Source: an uncultured Colwellia sp.
GTDB taxonomy: Bacteria > Pseudomonadota > Gammaproteobacteria > Enterobacterales > Alteromonadaceae
Direction: 5' to 3'
Length of the DNA: 64,000 nucleotides
Assembly: GCA_963977145.1 (NCBI GenBank)
Contig: CAXBNP010000016.1
Location: 18,814 to 82,813, forward strand
The position numbers and the translations under genes are program-made. Below are positions 48,960 to 58,200 of this stretch, one piece after another (the first letter of the stretch is position 1; every line of letters starts with the position of its first letter). Below the pieces are notes generated by a model that saw nothing but the letters and a program-made list of their open reading frames with translations, was not told the DNA's origin and did no database searches.

Positions 48960-49047
48960 AAATAGATCCAGTATTTATTATTATTATTTTTTTCTGATGA
49001 TATTTGCTTATGTTTTAAGGTGAATAGCTTGCTTTAGAACATAACCA

Positions 49048-50067
49048 TTAACCATAGCTATTGATTAATCGGCTGGCATTTTGCCATGCTACATTTGTTT
49101 GCAATGTTGACCAACTATCATCACTACCTGGTGGTTTTAATAACTGAGTTAGCCGTTGTGAACTCTCTGTCGAACTCACAATATTGGCGCCATCTAAAAC
49201 TTCTATACAACCCTTGCGGTTATTACAAAGTAGTAACATGTCACAGCCCGCACTTTGTGCAGCCTCTGCGCGTTCAATATAGCCACCAACACTTGCGGCG
49301 CCCTGCATTGATAAATCATCACTAAAAATAACACCATTAAAGCCAAGTTGTTGGCGTAAAATATTTTGCAGCCAATAGCGAGAGAAACCAACCGCTTGAC
49401 TGTCAACTTCAGGAAAAATAACGTGTGCAGGCATCAGCGCATCGACTTTTCCTTTGCCAATAAGTTGTTTAAATGGCACTAAATCTTGCTGAAAAATATC
49501 TGCTCGGGAGCGTTTATCAATGGGTAAGTCAATATGCGAATCTGCTTTGACACTGCCATGACCTGGAAAATGCTTACCGGTCGCTTTCATACCCACTTGA
49601 TGTAAGCCGCTAATAAATGCTTGCGCTAATTCTGTGACATACTCTGGCTGTTGGTGAAAGCCTCGATCACCAATGACATCACTAATATTATTAATATCTA
49701 ACACTGGGGCAAAACTGATATCAATACCGACGGCCTGTACTTCCAAAGCCATCAATATCGCGCTTTGTTTGGCAAGCTCTTTTGCTAAGATAAGATTTTG
49801 ATCTGTCATTTGCCACAGTTTTCCCATCGCAGGGATCAAAGAGAACCCCTCTCGAAAGCGCTGTACACGACCTCCTTCATGATCAACCGCTAATAACATC
49901 GGCTTTTTTGCAGCCAGGCGAATTTGCTGAGTTAACTCAGCGATTTGTGCTGGTGATTGATAGTTTCTAGTAAAAAAAATTAACCCACCGACCAGTGGAT
50001 GTTGAATTATTTCTTTATCTTCTTGAGACAATGATGTGCCTTGCACATCAAGCATGACTGGACCCAT
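49048..50067 (-). CDS. nagZ: Beta-N-acetylhexosaminidase NagZ (peptidoglycan recycling)
   Basis: MGPVMLDVQGTSLSQEDKEIIQHPLVGGLIFFTRNY, AVDHEGGRVQRF and KHFPGHG are GH3 NagZ motifs. Length is 339 aa. Confidence 0.9.
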   Translation of the reverse strand: MGPVMLDVQGTSLSQEDKEIIQHPLVGGLIFFTRNYQSPAQIAELTQQIRLAAKKPMLLAVDHEGGRVQRFREGFSLIPAMGKLWQMTDQNLILAKELAKQSAILMALEVQAVGIDISFAPVLDINNISDVIGDRGFHQQPEYVTELAQAFISGLHQVGMKATGKHFPGHGSVKADSHIDLPIDKRSRADIFQQDLVPFKQLIGKGKVDALMPAHVIFPEVDSQAVGFSRYWLQNILRQQLGFNGVIFSDDLSMQGAASVGGYIERAEAAQSAGCDMLLLCNNRKGCIEVLDGANIVSSTESSQRLTQLLKPPGSDDSWSTLQTNVAWQNASRLINSYG

Positions 50068-50146
50068 AACAACACTTTAAAATATTAACATGGCGCTACT
50101 CTACCTAAATAAGACAAATAAACAAAGATGCTTAGATGAATTACCG

Positions 50147-50773
50147 TTAAGATTTTGGCATTGGTGCACCAACACCTGCCGCAACATAGGGAATTACCTG
50201 ACGAATAACGTCAGAAATTTGCAGTTCACGCTCAAAGTCACTTTTAGCAATATCAATTAAAGCGTCGCTTGAGGACATGGTAAAAACCACAGTGCCCATA
50301 GTAAAATGCAAACGCCAAAACATCTCTTCAGCACTTAACTCTGGATAGGCTTTTTGTACCGCTAAAACAAAATTATCAATAACACCTGGGTATTGAGTGG
50401 TTAAAAACCAACGTAAAAAGCCTTGGCTGTCAGTGTACCCTCGTCCTAAAAGCTGCAAAAAATTACTGGTACCGTTATCTTTAAACTCGTTCAATGATAA
50501 CAGCGGATCAATAAAGGCAGAAAACACATCAATTAAGCTTGGTGAGTCTGTCTCACAAACCTGTGTTAAAGCCATTTCTAAGCGCGGAGATACCTCATTC
50601 ATATAACGAGACATTACCGCCTTAATTAACTCTTTCTTCGAACCAAAGTGATAATTAACCGCGGCTAAGTTGACTTCGGCCTGACTGGTTATTTCACGTA
50701 ACGACGTGCCATTAAAACCTTTATCTGCAAACAAATTTTCTGCTGCATCTAATATTTTATTCTTCGTACTCAT
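50147..50773 (-). CDS. TetR/AcrR-family transcriptional regulator
   Basis: The N-terminal HTH is KNKILDAAENLFADKGFNGTSLREITSQAEVNLAAVNYHFGSKKELI. Confidence 0.85.
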   Translation of the reverse strand: MSTKNKILDAAENLFADKGFNGTSLREITSQAEVNLAAVNYHFGSKKELIKAVMSRYMNEVSPRLEMALTQVCETDSPSLIDVFSAFIDPLLSLNEFKDNGTSNFLQLLGRGYTDSQGFLRWFLTTQYPGVIDNFVLAVQKAYPELSAEEMFWRLHFTMGTVVFTMSSSDALIDIAKSDFERELQISDVIRQVIPYVAAGVGAPMPKS

Positions 50774-51154
50774 AGGTAAATAGCACCGTAGTTCTTGTTA
50801 AAGCAAAAAATTAATACAAGCAGTTTAAACAAGCGTTTAAAATAACGCAACAAGGATTAAGCCCATAAATAGAAAAAGCAAAACAATATTGATGAAAAGC
50901 CCGCTAGCGCTAGCTTTATAGCAAGTAAATATGATTTTAAGACCCTAGAAAAACCTAAATATAGCTAAGATTAATTAAATTTTAAACTGCGGATGTGAAA
51001 TGGCTAACTTTATTATCTGCTCGCTTGGTGTTTAACCGCGCAATTTCATTGCTCGGTATTTTATAAACATTTAAACACCATAGCGCTTTACTGAATTACA
51101 AACTGTTACAGAATTAGCACAGTTAAAAACAACCCAGCACTATATGATGCATGG

Positions 51155-51249
51155 GTATTTCAAGCGGAGATTTTTGAAATACAGATTTCATACTTTCCCT
51201 AGTATATTTTATATAACGGCTCAGCAACCCTTTCGCTGAGCTTTTTTTT
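51155..51249 (+). ncRNA. Candidate small RNA (5' end unknown) ending at an orphan intrinsic terminator
   Basis: Hairpin GTATTTCAA/TTGAAATAC (51155-51182), an A/U-rich single-stranded stretch, then GCTCAGC/GCTGAGC (51219-51241) followed by T8. It lies on the + strand in the tetR/M2-peptidase divergent region, and no ORF with an RBS lies upstream. Confidence 0.35.
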
Positions 51250-51396
51250 GTCTGAAATTTATCAAATAGCGCTCAACAGTGCCAAATGTAGACAGTAATA
51301 GCCAATACTATTGCCAAGTTGTTAATCTCAATCTACACTAGCCTTAAGTTGACTAATGCGTGAATTTAGCGCTAACAAAAATAATAACGGACTCTT

Positions 51397-53241
51397 ATGA
51401 AATCAACATTTAAAGTCACCACTGTAGCGTTTTTAGTTGCAGCAAGTCTCAGCGCTTGTAATGGTGATCAGACAGTAAAAAATGAAGTTAAACCTACTAG
51501 CGTCGCAAGCAAAGCATTAACGGCCCAAGATGCCGAGAAATTTTTAGCGGCTACCGCTAAAGAATTGGTGCAATTAAATACTGAAGGTAGTCGCGCTGCT
51601 TGGATCAATTCCAACTTTATTACTGAAGATACTTCAGCACTTGCCGCCGCAGCGGATCAAGAGTCAACTGAAGCTGGCGTGCGATTTGCTATGCAAGCAG
51701 CTAAATTTGACCGCGTTGAGGTTAGCGACGAGCAACGCCGAAAACTCAATATTCTAAAACAGAGTTTAGTGATGCCAGCACCACAAGACTCAGCTAAATC
51801 AGCTGAGTTGGCAAACATTGGCGCTGAATTAAATAGCATGTACGGCAAAGGCAAATATACCAGCAAGTCAGGCGAAACCTTAAGTTTAGGTCAGATGACC
51901 GCAACAATGGCAACATCGCGTGATTACGATGAATTATTAGAAATGTGGCAAGGTTGGCGAACGATTAGTCCAGCGATGAAGCCGTTATACATTCGCCAAG
52001 CAGAACTGGGCAATGAAGGCGCGCAAGGCTTAGGTTACCCTGACTTAGGTGCAATGTGGCGTTCAAATTATGATATGCCTGCTGATGATTTTGCCAAAGA
52101 GCTCGATCGCCTTTGGGGACAAGTTAAGCCGTTATATGAAGATTTACATTGTTATGTGCGCACTGAATTAGGCGCAACATACGGCGAAGAAAAAGTACCA
52201 CAAGATCAACCAATTCCTGCGCATTTACTCGGTAATATGTGGGCACAGTCTTGGGGCAATATTTATGACTTAGTGGCACCAGAAAATGCCGATCCAGGTT
52301 ATGATGTTACGCAGCAACTAGCGAGCAATAGTTACGATGAAATTAAGATGGTAAAGGGTGCTGAAAGTTTCTTTACTTCGCTTGGTTTTGACGCCTTACC
52401 AGAGACATTTTGGCAACGTTCATTATTCACTAAGCCCGCCGATCGTGATGTCGTGTGCCACGCCTCAGCATGGGACTTAGATGCCAAAGATGATATTCGT
52501 ATTAAAATGTGTATCCAAAAAACTGGTGAAGATTTCTCCGTTATTCATCACGAACTCGGACATAACTTTTACCAACGTGCGTACCAAAACCAACCCGTTT
52601 ATTATCAAAACAGTGCTAACGACGGTTTCCATGAAGCCATTGGTGACACTATTGCCCTTTCAGTTACGCCTAAGTACCTAAAAGAAATTGGTTTAATTGA
52701 CACCATTCCTGACGAGTCGAAAGACATCGGCTTGTTAATGAAAATGGCACTTGAAAAAATTGCCTTTATTCCCTTTGGCTTAATGGTTGACCAATGGCGT
52801 TGGAAGGTATATTCCGGTGCAGTTAGCCCTGAAAACTACAATAAGGCTTGGTGGGAATTACGCGAAAAATATCAAGGTGTAACAGCACCTGTTGACCGTG
52901 ATGCCGATGCTTTTGATCCCGGCGCTAAGTACCACGTACCAGGTGGTGTGCCTTATTCGCGCTATTTCTTAGCACATATTCAGCAATTTGAATTCCATCG
53001 TGCCTTATGTGAAATTTCAGGTAACACTGATCCTATCCATCGTTGTTCTATTTATAACAACAAAGATGCCGGCGCAGCACTAAATACCGTACTTGAAATG
53101 GGCTCAAGTAAGCCATGGCAAGAAGCGTATAAAGTGTTAACTGGCAACGAACAAATGGATGCAACAGCTATCCTTGATTACTTTGCGCCACTACATACTT
53201 GGTTAAAAGCTAAAAACCAAGGTAAGCAATGCGGTTTCTAA
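51397..53241 (+). CDS. M2-family peptidyl-dipeptidase (angiotensin-converting-enzyme homologue), lipoprotein
   Basis: Lipobox LVAASLSAC. HHELGHNFYQ (HExxH) with downstream HEAIGD. Length is 614 aa, typical of bacterial single-domain ACE homologues. Confidence 0.85.
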   Translation: MKSTFKVTTVAFLVAASLSACNGDQTVKNEVKPTSVASKALTAQDAEKFLAATAKELVQLNTEGSRAAWINSNFITEDTSALAAAADQESTEAGVRFAMQAAKFDRVEVSDEQRRKLNILKQSLVMPAPQDSAKSAELANIGAELNSMYGKGKYTSKSGETLSLGQMTATMATSRDYDELLEMWQGWRTISPAMKPLYIRQAELGNEGAQGLGYPDLGAMWRSNYDMPADDFAKELDRLWGQVKPLYEDLHCYVRTELGATYGEEKVPQDQPIPAHLLGNMWAQSWGNIYDLVAPENADPGYDVTQQLASNSYDEIKMVKGAESFFTSLGFDALPETFWQRSLFTKPADRDVVCHASAWDLDAKDDIRIKMCIQKTGEDFSVIHHELGHNFYQRAYQNQPVYYQNSANDGFHEAIGDTIALSVTPKYLKEIGLIDTIPDESKDIGLLMKMALEKIAFIPFGLMVDQWRWKVYSGAVSPENYNKAWWELREKYQGVTAPVDRDADAFDPGAKYHVPGGVPYSRYFLAHIQQFEFHRALCEISGNTDPIHRCSIYNNKDAGAALNTVLEMGSSKPWQEAYKVLTGNEQMDATAILDYFAPLHTWLKAKNQGKQCGF

Positions 53242-53260
53242 GCATTAGCTAAAGCGAAAA

Positions 53261-53294
53261 AGCCCTTAAGTCTTCAGATTTAGGGGCTTTTTTA
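53261..53294 (+). terminator. Intrinsic terminator of the M2 peptidase gene
   Basis: AGCCCTTAA pairs with TTAGGGGCT (one G-U pair), followed by a T6-7 run. Confidence 0.8.
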
Positions 53295-53437
53295 TAGCTT
53301 ATTATTAATAAATACTATTTGCGGTTAGCCAACATAATGACTTGAAGATTTAATAACAATATCTGCTCAAAACTGACAACATTGCTATTAAGCAAATTTT
53401 TCCACTTTGAGTTGCTGGTTATGCGTCGGATACAGTG

Positions 53438-53473
53438 GCCATCAGTATTAATGATTACTGATGGCTTTGTTTG
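53438..53473 (+). terminator. Second, orphan intrinsic terminator in the same intergenic region
   Basis: GCCATCAGTA (53438-53447) pairs perfectly with TACTGATGGC (53456-53465), followed by TTTGTTTG. It lies about 145 nt downstream of the M2 gene's own terminator. Confidence 0.5.
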
Positions 53474-53705
53474 GTTAAAAACCAATCTTTTAACTTAGTT
53501 TAAAAGGTCATTACTCGCGTCAGATATCTACCATGATATTTTAGTACGATAACGACAACCTGCATGATAAATAGTCGTTTTTATACTAAATACTGTCACT
53601 TTTTTGCTAACGATAACTTAAATTAACGGCTATAACTATATTAACTCGCCAGGAATTTGTTGTAGACGAGTATTCACATTAACTTAAAATGAGTACTGTA
53701 TAATT

Positions 53706-54497
53706 ATGAAATCAATAAATAAAATAGCTTATTCTGCTTTTATTACAACCGCGTTACTTGCATCAAATAGCGCCCTAGCAAACCATAGCTGGAATGATTA
53801 TCACTGGGCAAGTAAAACCAACAGCATTAACTTAAAAGTTATTGATAGTACAACACCAGATTGGGATCAAGAATTAAGCGACTCTCTATCAGCATGGTCG
53901 CAATCATCAAGTCCGTTTCTTTTTACCATTGACTCTGCAGATGATCGCAGCAGAATACGTAAGCGTTGTACGATGGTGACAGGAAAAATGAGAGTGTGTA
54001 ATGCAAGTTATGGACAAAATGGTTGGTTAGGTTTAGCTTCTATCAATCTTGATTCCAGTGGCCATATTACTCAAGGAACAGCGAAATTGAATGATAGCTA
54101 TGCTTCTTCATGGACGCCAGCAGCGAAAAACCATGTTATGTGCCAGGAAATTGGCCATGTTTTTGGTTTAGGACATACAAGTGAAGATGGTTCAAGTCAA
54201 AAAACTTGCATGGATTACTCTCAAGACGTCAACAGTCAATGGCCAAATGCTCATGATTATCAGCAATTAGCGAGCATGTACAATCATCTCGAATCATATA
54301 ATAGTTACGATGACGGCACTGGCACAGGTGGTGGATGTAAAGGTGGACCAAAAAAATGCGGTAAAGCCAAAGGAAACAGTGAATATGGCAAAGGCCACAA
54401 AGTTATTTCTGCTGATAAATATGAAATATGGGTTCAGCCAGAGGCTGACGGTACACTAACTGTTCATCACGTTTATTTAGTTGATGGCCACCACTAA
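53706..54497 (+). CDS. Secreted metzincin-like protein with a variant QExxHxxGxxH motif
   Basis: Signal peptide MKSINKIAYSAFITTALLASNSALA. The motif is HVMCQEIGHVFGLGHTSEDG, followed by CMDY. The C-terminus has a Gly/Lys-rich segment. Confidence 0.6.
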   Translation: MKSINKIAYSAFITTALLASNSALANHSWNDYHWASKTNSINLKVIDSTTPDWDQELSDSLSAWSQSSSPFLFTIDSADDRSRIRKRCTMVTGKMRVCNASYGQNGWLGLASINLDSSGHITQGTAKLNDSYASSWTPAAKNHVMCQEIGHVFGLGHTSEDGSSQKTCMDYSQDVNSQWPNAHDYQQLASMYNHLESYNSYDDGTGTGGGCKGGPKKCGKAKGNSEYGKGHKVISADKYEIWVQPEADGTLTVHHVYLVDGHH

Positions 54498-54517
54498 AAC
54501 TAAAATGATCTATGTTA

Positions 54518-54558
54518 TCAGTAATCAGGCGAGTAATAATGACTTGCCTGATTACTGA
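54518..54558 (+). terminator. 13-bp hairpin downstream of the metzincin-like gene (terminator-like, no U-tract)
   Basis: TCAGTAATCAGGC (54518-54530) pairs perfectly with GCCTGATTACTGA (54546-54558). Confidence 0.45.
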
Positions 54559-55010
54559 CGCATTTATGGTTGATAATTTTCAAAGCTTTATGCTTAAAGT
54601 AAGAAGGAAATTATCAACTCTTCCTTTCCGGTTCTGCAATAAAGCTGTTTAACTCACTATCCGCTTACACGATTAACACCTAAAAAGTCGAGAAACAATA
54701 GACCACCACTTGGTGAAAGAGCGACCTCAGACAGCCATTGGACTTAATAGCTAATATTCGCCAATATTGGCTATTTTTAGATTCGTTAGACTGGTTTAAT
54801 ATTTAAAAAACATCGCTATTTGATATTAAAAGTTAATAGTCTGATGATTTGTTAATAGAGATAGACTGGCGCTACTGGTAATAAAGTAACGCACAGGAGC
54901 AATTTACTCCTGCTCCATACCCCATTTTAAATGCCACTCCTAGCGATAAAAGCTAACATCAAATAACATTTACTATTCTTTACTAATCTTTAAAATTATA
55001 TACTGTGCAT

Positions 55011-55026
55011 ATGGTCAATTAATGTT
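55011..55026 (+). promoter_or_regulatory. ATGGTCAATTAATGTT box upstream of the large nuclease gene
   Basis: It shares ATGGTCA-RYTAAT with the two boxes upstream of the other nuclease gene (25547, 25632), at a similar distance from the start codon (about 200-290 nt). Confidence 0.3.
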
Positions 55027-55248
55027 CCGTAAAATCCACATTATTTTAAATACCATATTTTACAAAGAGCATATTCGGATATGCTTCACGCTCAATTAGA
55101 TTAAAATTTGACCAGATGGTTATGTTGTGAGATATTTTAGCGTGAATTTACATGAGATTGATGCGATGTGATGACTTATTGAGGCTTGTAATCTTTTTGA
55201 CATTGAATCATGAAATAATAAAAAAAATGACGTTCTACAGGAAGAGAA

Positions 55249-58200
55249 ATGAAATTAAAGTCCCCCATACTATTTGCCTATTTCTGTGCATCGCTAGCGC
55301 AAGCTAGCGATATTGCAGATGCTTGTTTTAACTGCCCTCCATTAGATAAAGTTGCAGATGCAACAAGTTTTAATGATGGAAATTACTATGCAGATGCGTT
55401 TGCTGCTATTAATAGTAATTTATCAGCCAGTGAAATAAAAACAAAAATAACTAATGCTATTAGCCAAAACCACAAAAATTTATCTTATTCAGAAGTGTGG
55501 TCGGCCCTAACTCAAACCGATGAAGACCCGACTAATACCGCTAACGTAATTTTACTTTATAGTGGAATTTCATTAGCTAAAATGTCAAACGGTAGCGGCT
55601 CACAAAGCACTAATCCAGATAACTGGAATCGCGAGCATGTTTGGCCTAAAAGTCATGGTTTTTCAAGTTCAAGCTTAGAAGCCTATACCGATATCCATCA
55701 TTTACGCCCGACCGATATTTCAGTGAATTCCTCGCGCGGAAATTTAGATTTTGATAACAGCGATGCCCCTTTGTCTGAAGCGCCGGAAAATAGAGTTGAT
55801 AATGACTCTTTTGAACCTAGAGATTCAGTTAAAGGTGATGTGGCCCGTATGGTTTTCTATATGGACACCCGTTACGAAGGCTCAGACGCTACGCCTGATT
55901 TACAAGTAGTTGACCGTTTAACGGCTGTTGGCGAAAGTGAAATTGGTCGTTTATGTCGACTACTTGAGTGGCATGCTGCAGACCCTGTTGATGCTACAGA
56001 GCAAAACAGGCATAACCGTATTTACGAATATCAGGGCAACCGTAATCCTTTTATTGATCATCCTGAGTGGGTAAATCTACTATTTAGTGCCGAGGCTTGT
56101 ACTGGTACAGGTGGCGGTGATACCGGCGGTGGCGGTGATACCGGCGGTGGCGGTGATACCGGCGGTGGCGGTGATACCGGCGGTGGCGACACGGGCACAC
56201 CATCATCAAGCGCCTTGTTTATTTCTGAATATGTTGAAGGCAGCAGTTATAACAAAGCACTAGAGCTTTATAATGCTTCTGGTAATGAAATAGATTTAAC
56301 GGCTGACAATTACCAATTAGGTCGTTTCAGTAACGGTGGCACAACCGCATCAATGATCAATTTGAGTGGCAAAGTCGCGGCAAATGGTACCTTTGTTATT
56401 GCTAATTCAAGAGCTGCAGATGCCATACAAAGTCTTGCAGACCAATTAAGTGGCTCACTCAGTCATAACGGTGATGACGCTTACGTACTGTATAAAAATA
56501 ACGAAGTTGTTGACGCATTCGGACTGGTCGGTGAAGACCCAGGCTCTGCATGGGGAAGTGATACCTATACCACCAAAGATAATACCTTGCGTCGCAACAG
56601 CAATGTTGTTTCTGGCGACACCATTATCGATGATGCCTTTGATCCTGCACAGCAATGGACAGGTTTTGGTAAAGATGTCTTTTCAGATCTAGGTCAGCAC
56701 GTTGTTATTAACCCTGAAATTTTTATTTCTGAGTACATTGAAGGCAGTAGCCTTAACAAAGCGTTAGAATTTTATAACCCTTCAGGCAATGCCGTCGATT
56801 TAAGCGCAGGCAATTATCAACTAGGCCGTTTTAGTAATGGTAGTACGTCAGCAACCATGATTAATCTTGACGGTGTCATTGCCGGTAATAGTGTTTATGT
56901 GATTGCCAATTCTGGCGCAGCTGCCGCAATACTTGACGTTGCCAACCAAATATCCAACTCAGTCAGCCACAACGGTGATGACGCATATGTTTTATATAAA
57001 GACAGTGTTGTAATCGATTCAATCGGCCGTGTTGGTGAAGACCCTGGTTCACAATGGGGTAGTGATTTACAAAGTACAAAAGATAATACTTTAGTGCGCA
57101 AAAGCTCAATAAGCGTGGGCGATACTATCATTGATGATATCTTTGACCCGGCATTGGAATGGGATGGCTATGCTAATAACACCTTTGATTTTATCGGCAG
57201 CCATGAAAGCAATGGCGGCGAAGACCCTATTAGCCTTATTGGTGAATGTGCAGAACAAGCAACATTGATCAGCGCTGTGCAAGGTGCAGAATTTTCATCA
57301 CCATTGGTTGGCGAAACGCATATTATCGAAGGCGTAGTAACCGGTAGTTTTCCTGCGCTAAACGGCTTTTTTATGCAAGAAGAGGCGATTGATCAAGATG
57401 CAGACCCATTAACATCAGAAGGTATTTTTGTTGCCTTAGCTAGTGGTGAATATCCTGCAGTAAATAGCGTCGTTAGGGTGATTGGTAACATTGCAGAAAG
57501 TTATGGCAAAACGCAAATCAGCTCAACAGAAGCTCCGCTAGACTGTGGTGTTGATAGCGTATTAGCCAGCAACTTAACCTTACCCTTTAGCTCGAGTGCA
57601 GCACGTGAAAGCATCGAAGGCATGTTAGTCACTATTTCTGATACCTTAACCGTCACTGACAACTACAGTCTAGGCCGTTACGGTGAAGTTGCCTTATCAA
57701 ATGGTCGTTTATATGTACCAACCAATATCCACCTGCCAGGCTCTGCACAGTATAGTGCTTTAGCGGCGCAAAATGCGCTAAATAAAGTCACACTTGATGA
57801 TGGTATTAATGGCTCAAATCCTGAGAATATCATCTATCCGACTAACGGTTTATCAGCGGCAAATACTTTGCGCGCTGGCGATAGCGTAACGGCGTTAACC
57901 GGTGTAGTGGATTATAGTTATGGTAACTATCGAATCATTCCTGTTGAAGCGCCAACTTTTGATAGCGTGAATTTAAGAACTGATGCCCCTGAACTCGCTA
58001 GTGGTAACTTGCGTATAGCGAGTTTTAACGTATTAAATTACTTTAATGGTGATGGTTTAGACGGTGGTTTCCCGACCTCAAGAGGCGCTGATAGTATTGA
58101 AGAATTTGATCGTCAACGCAGTAAGATAATTGCGGCGATTACTAAGATGGATGCCGATATTATTGGTTTACTCGAAATGGAAAATGACGGTTTTGGTGAG

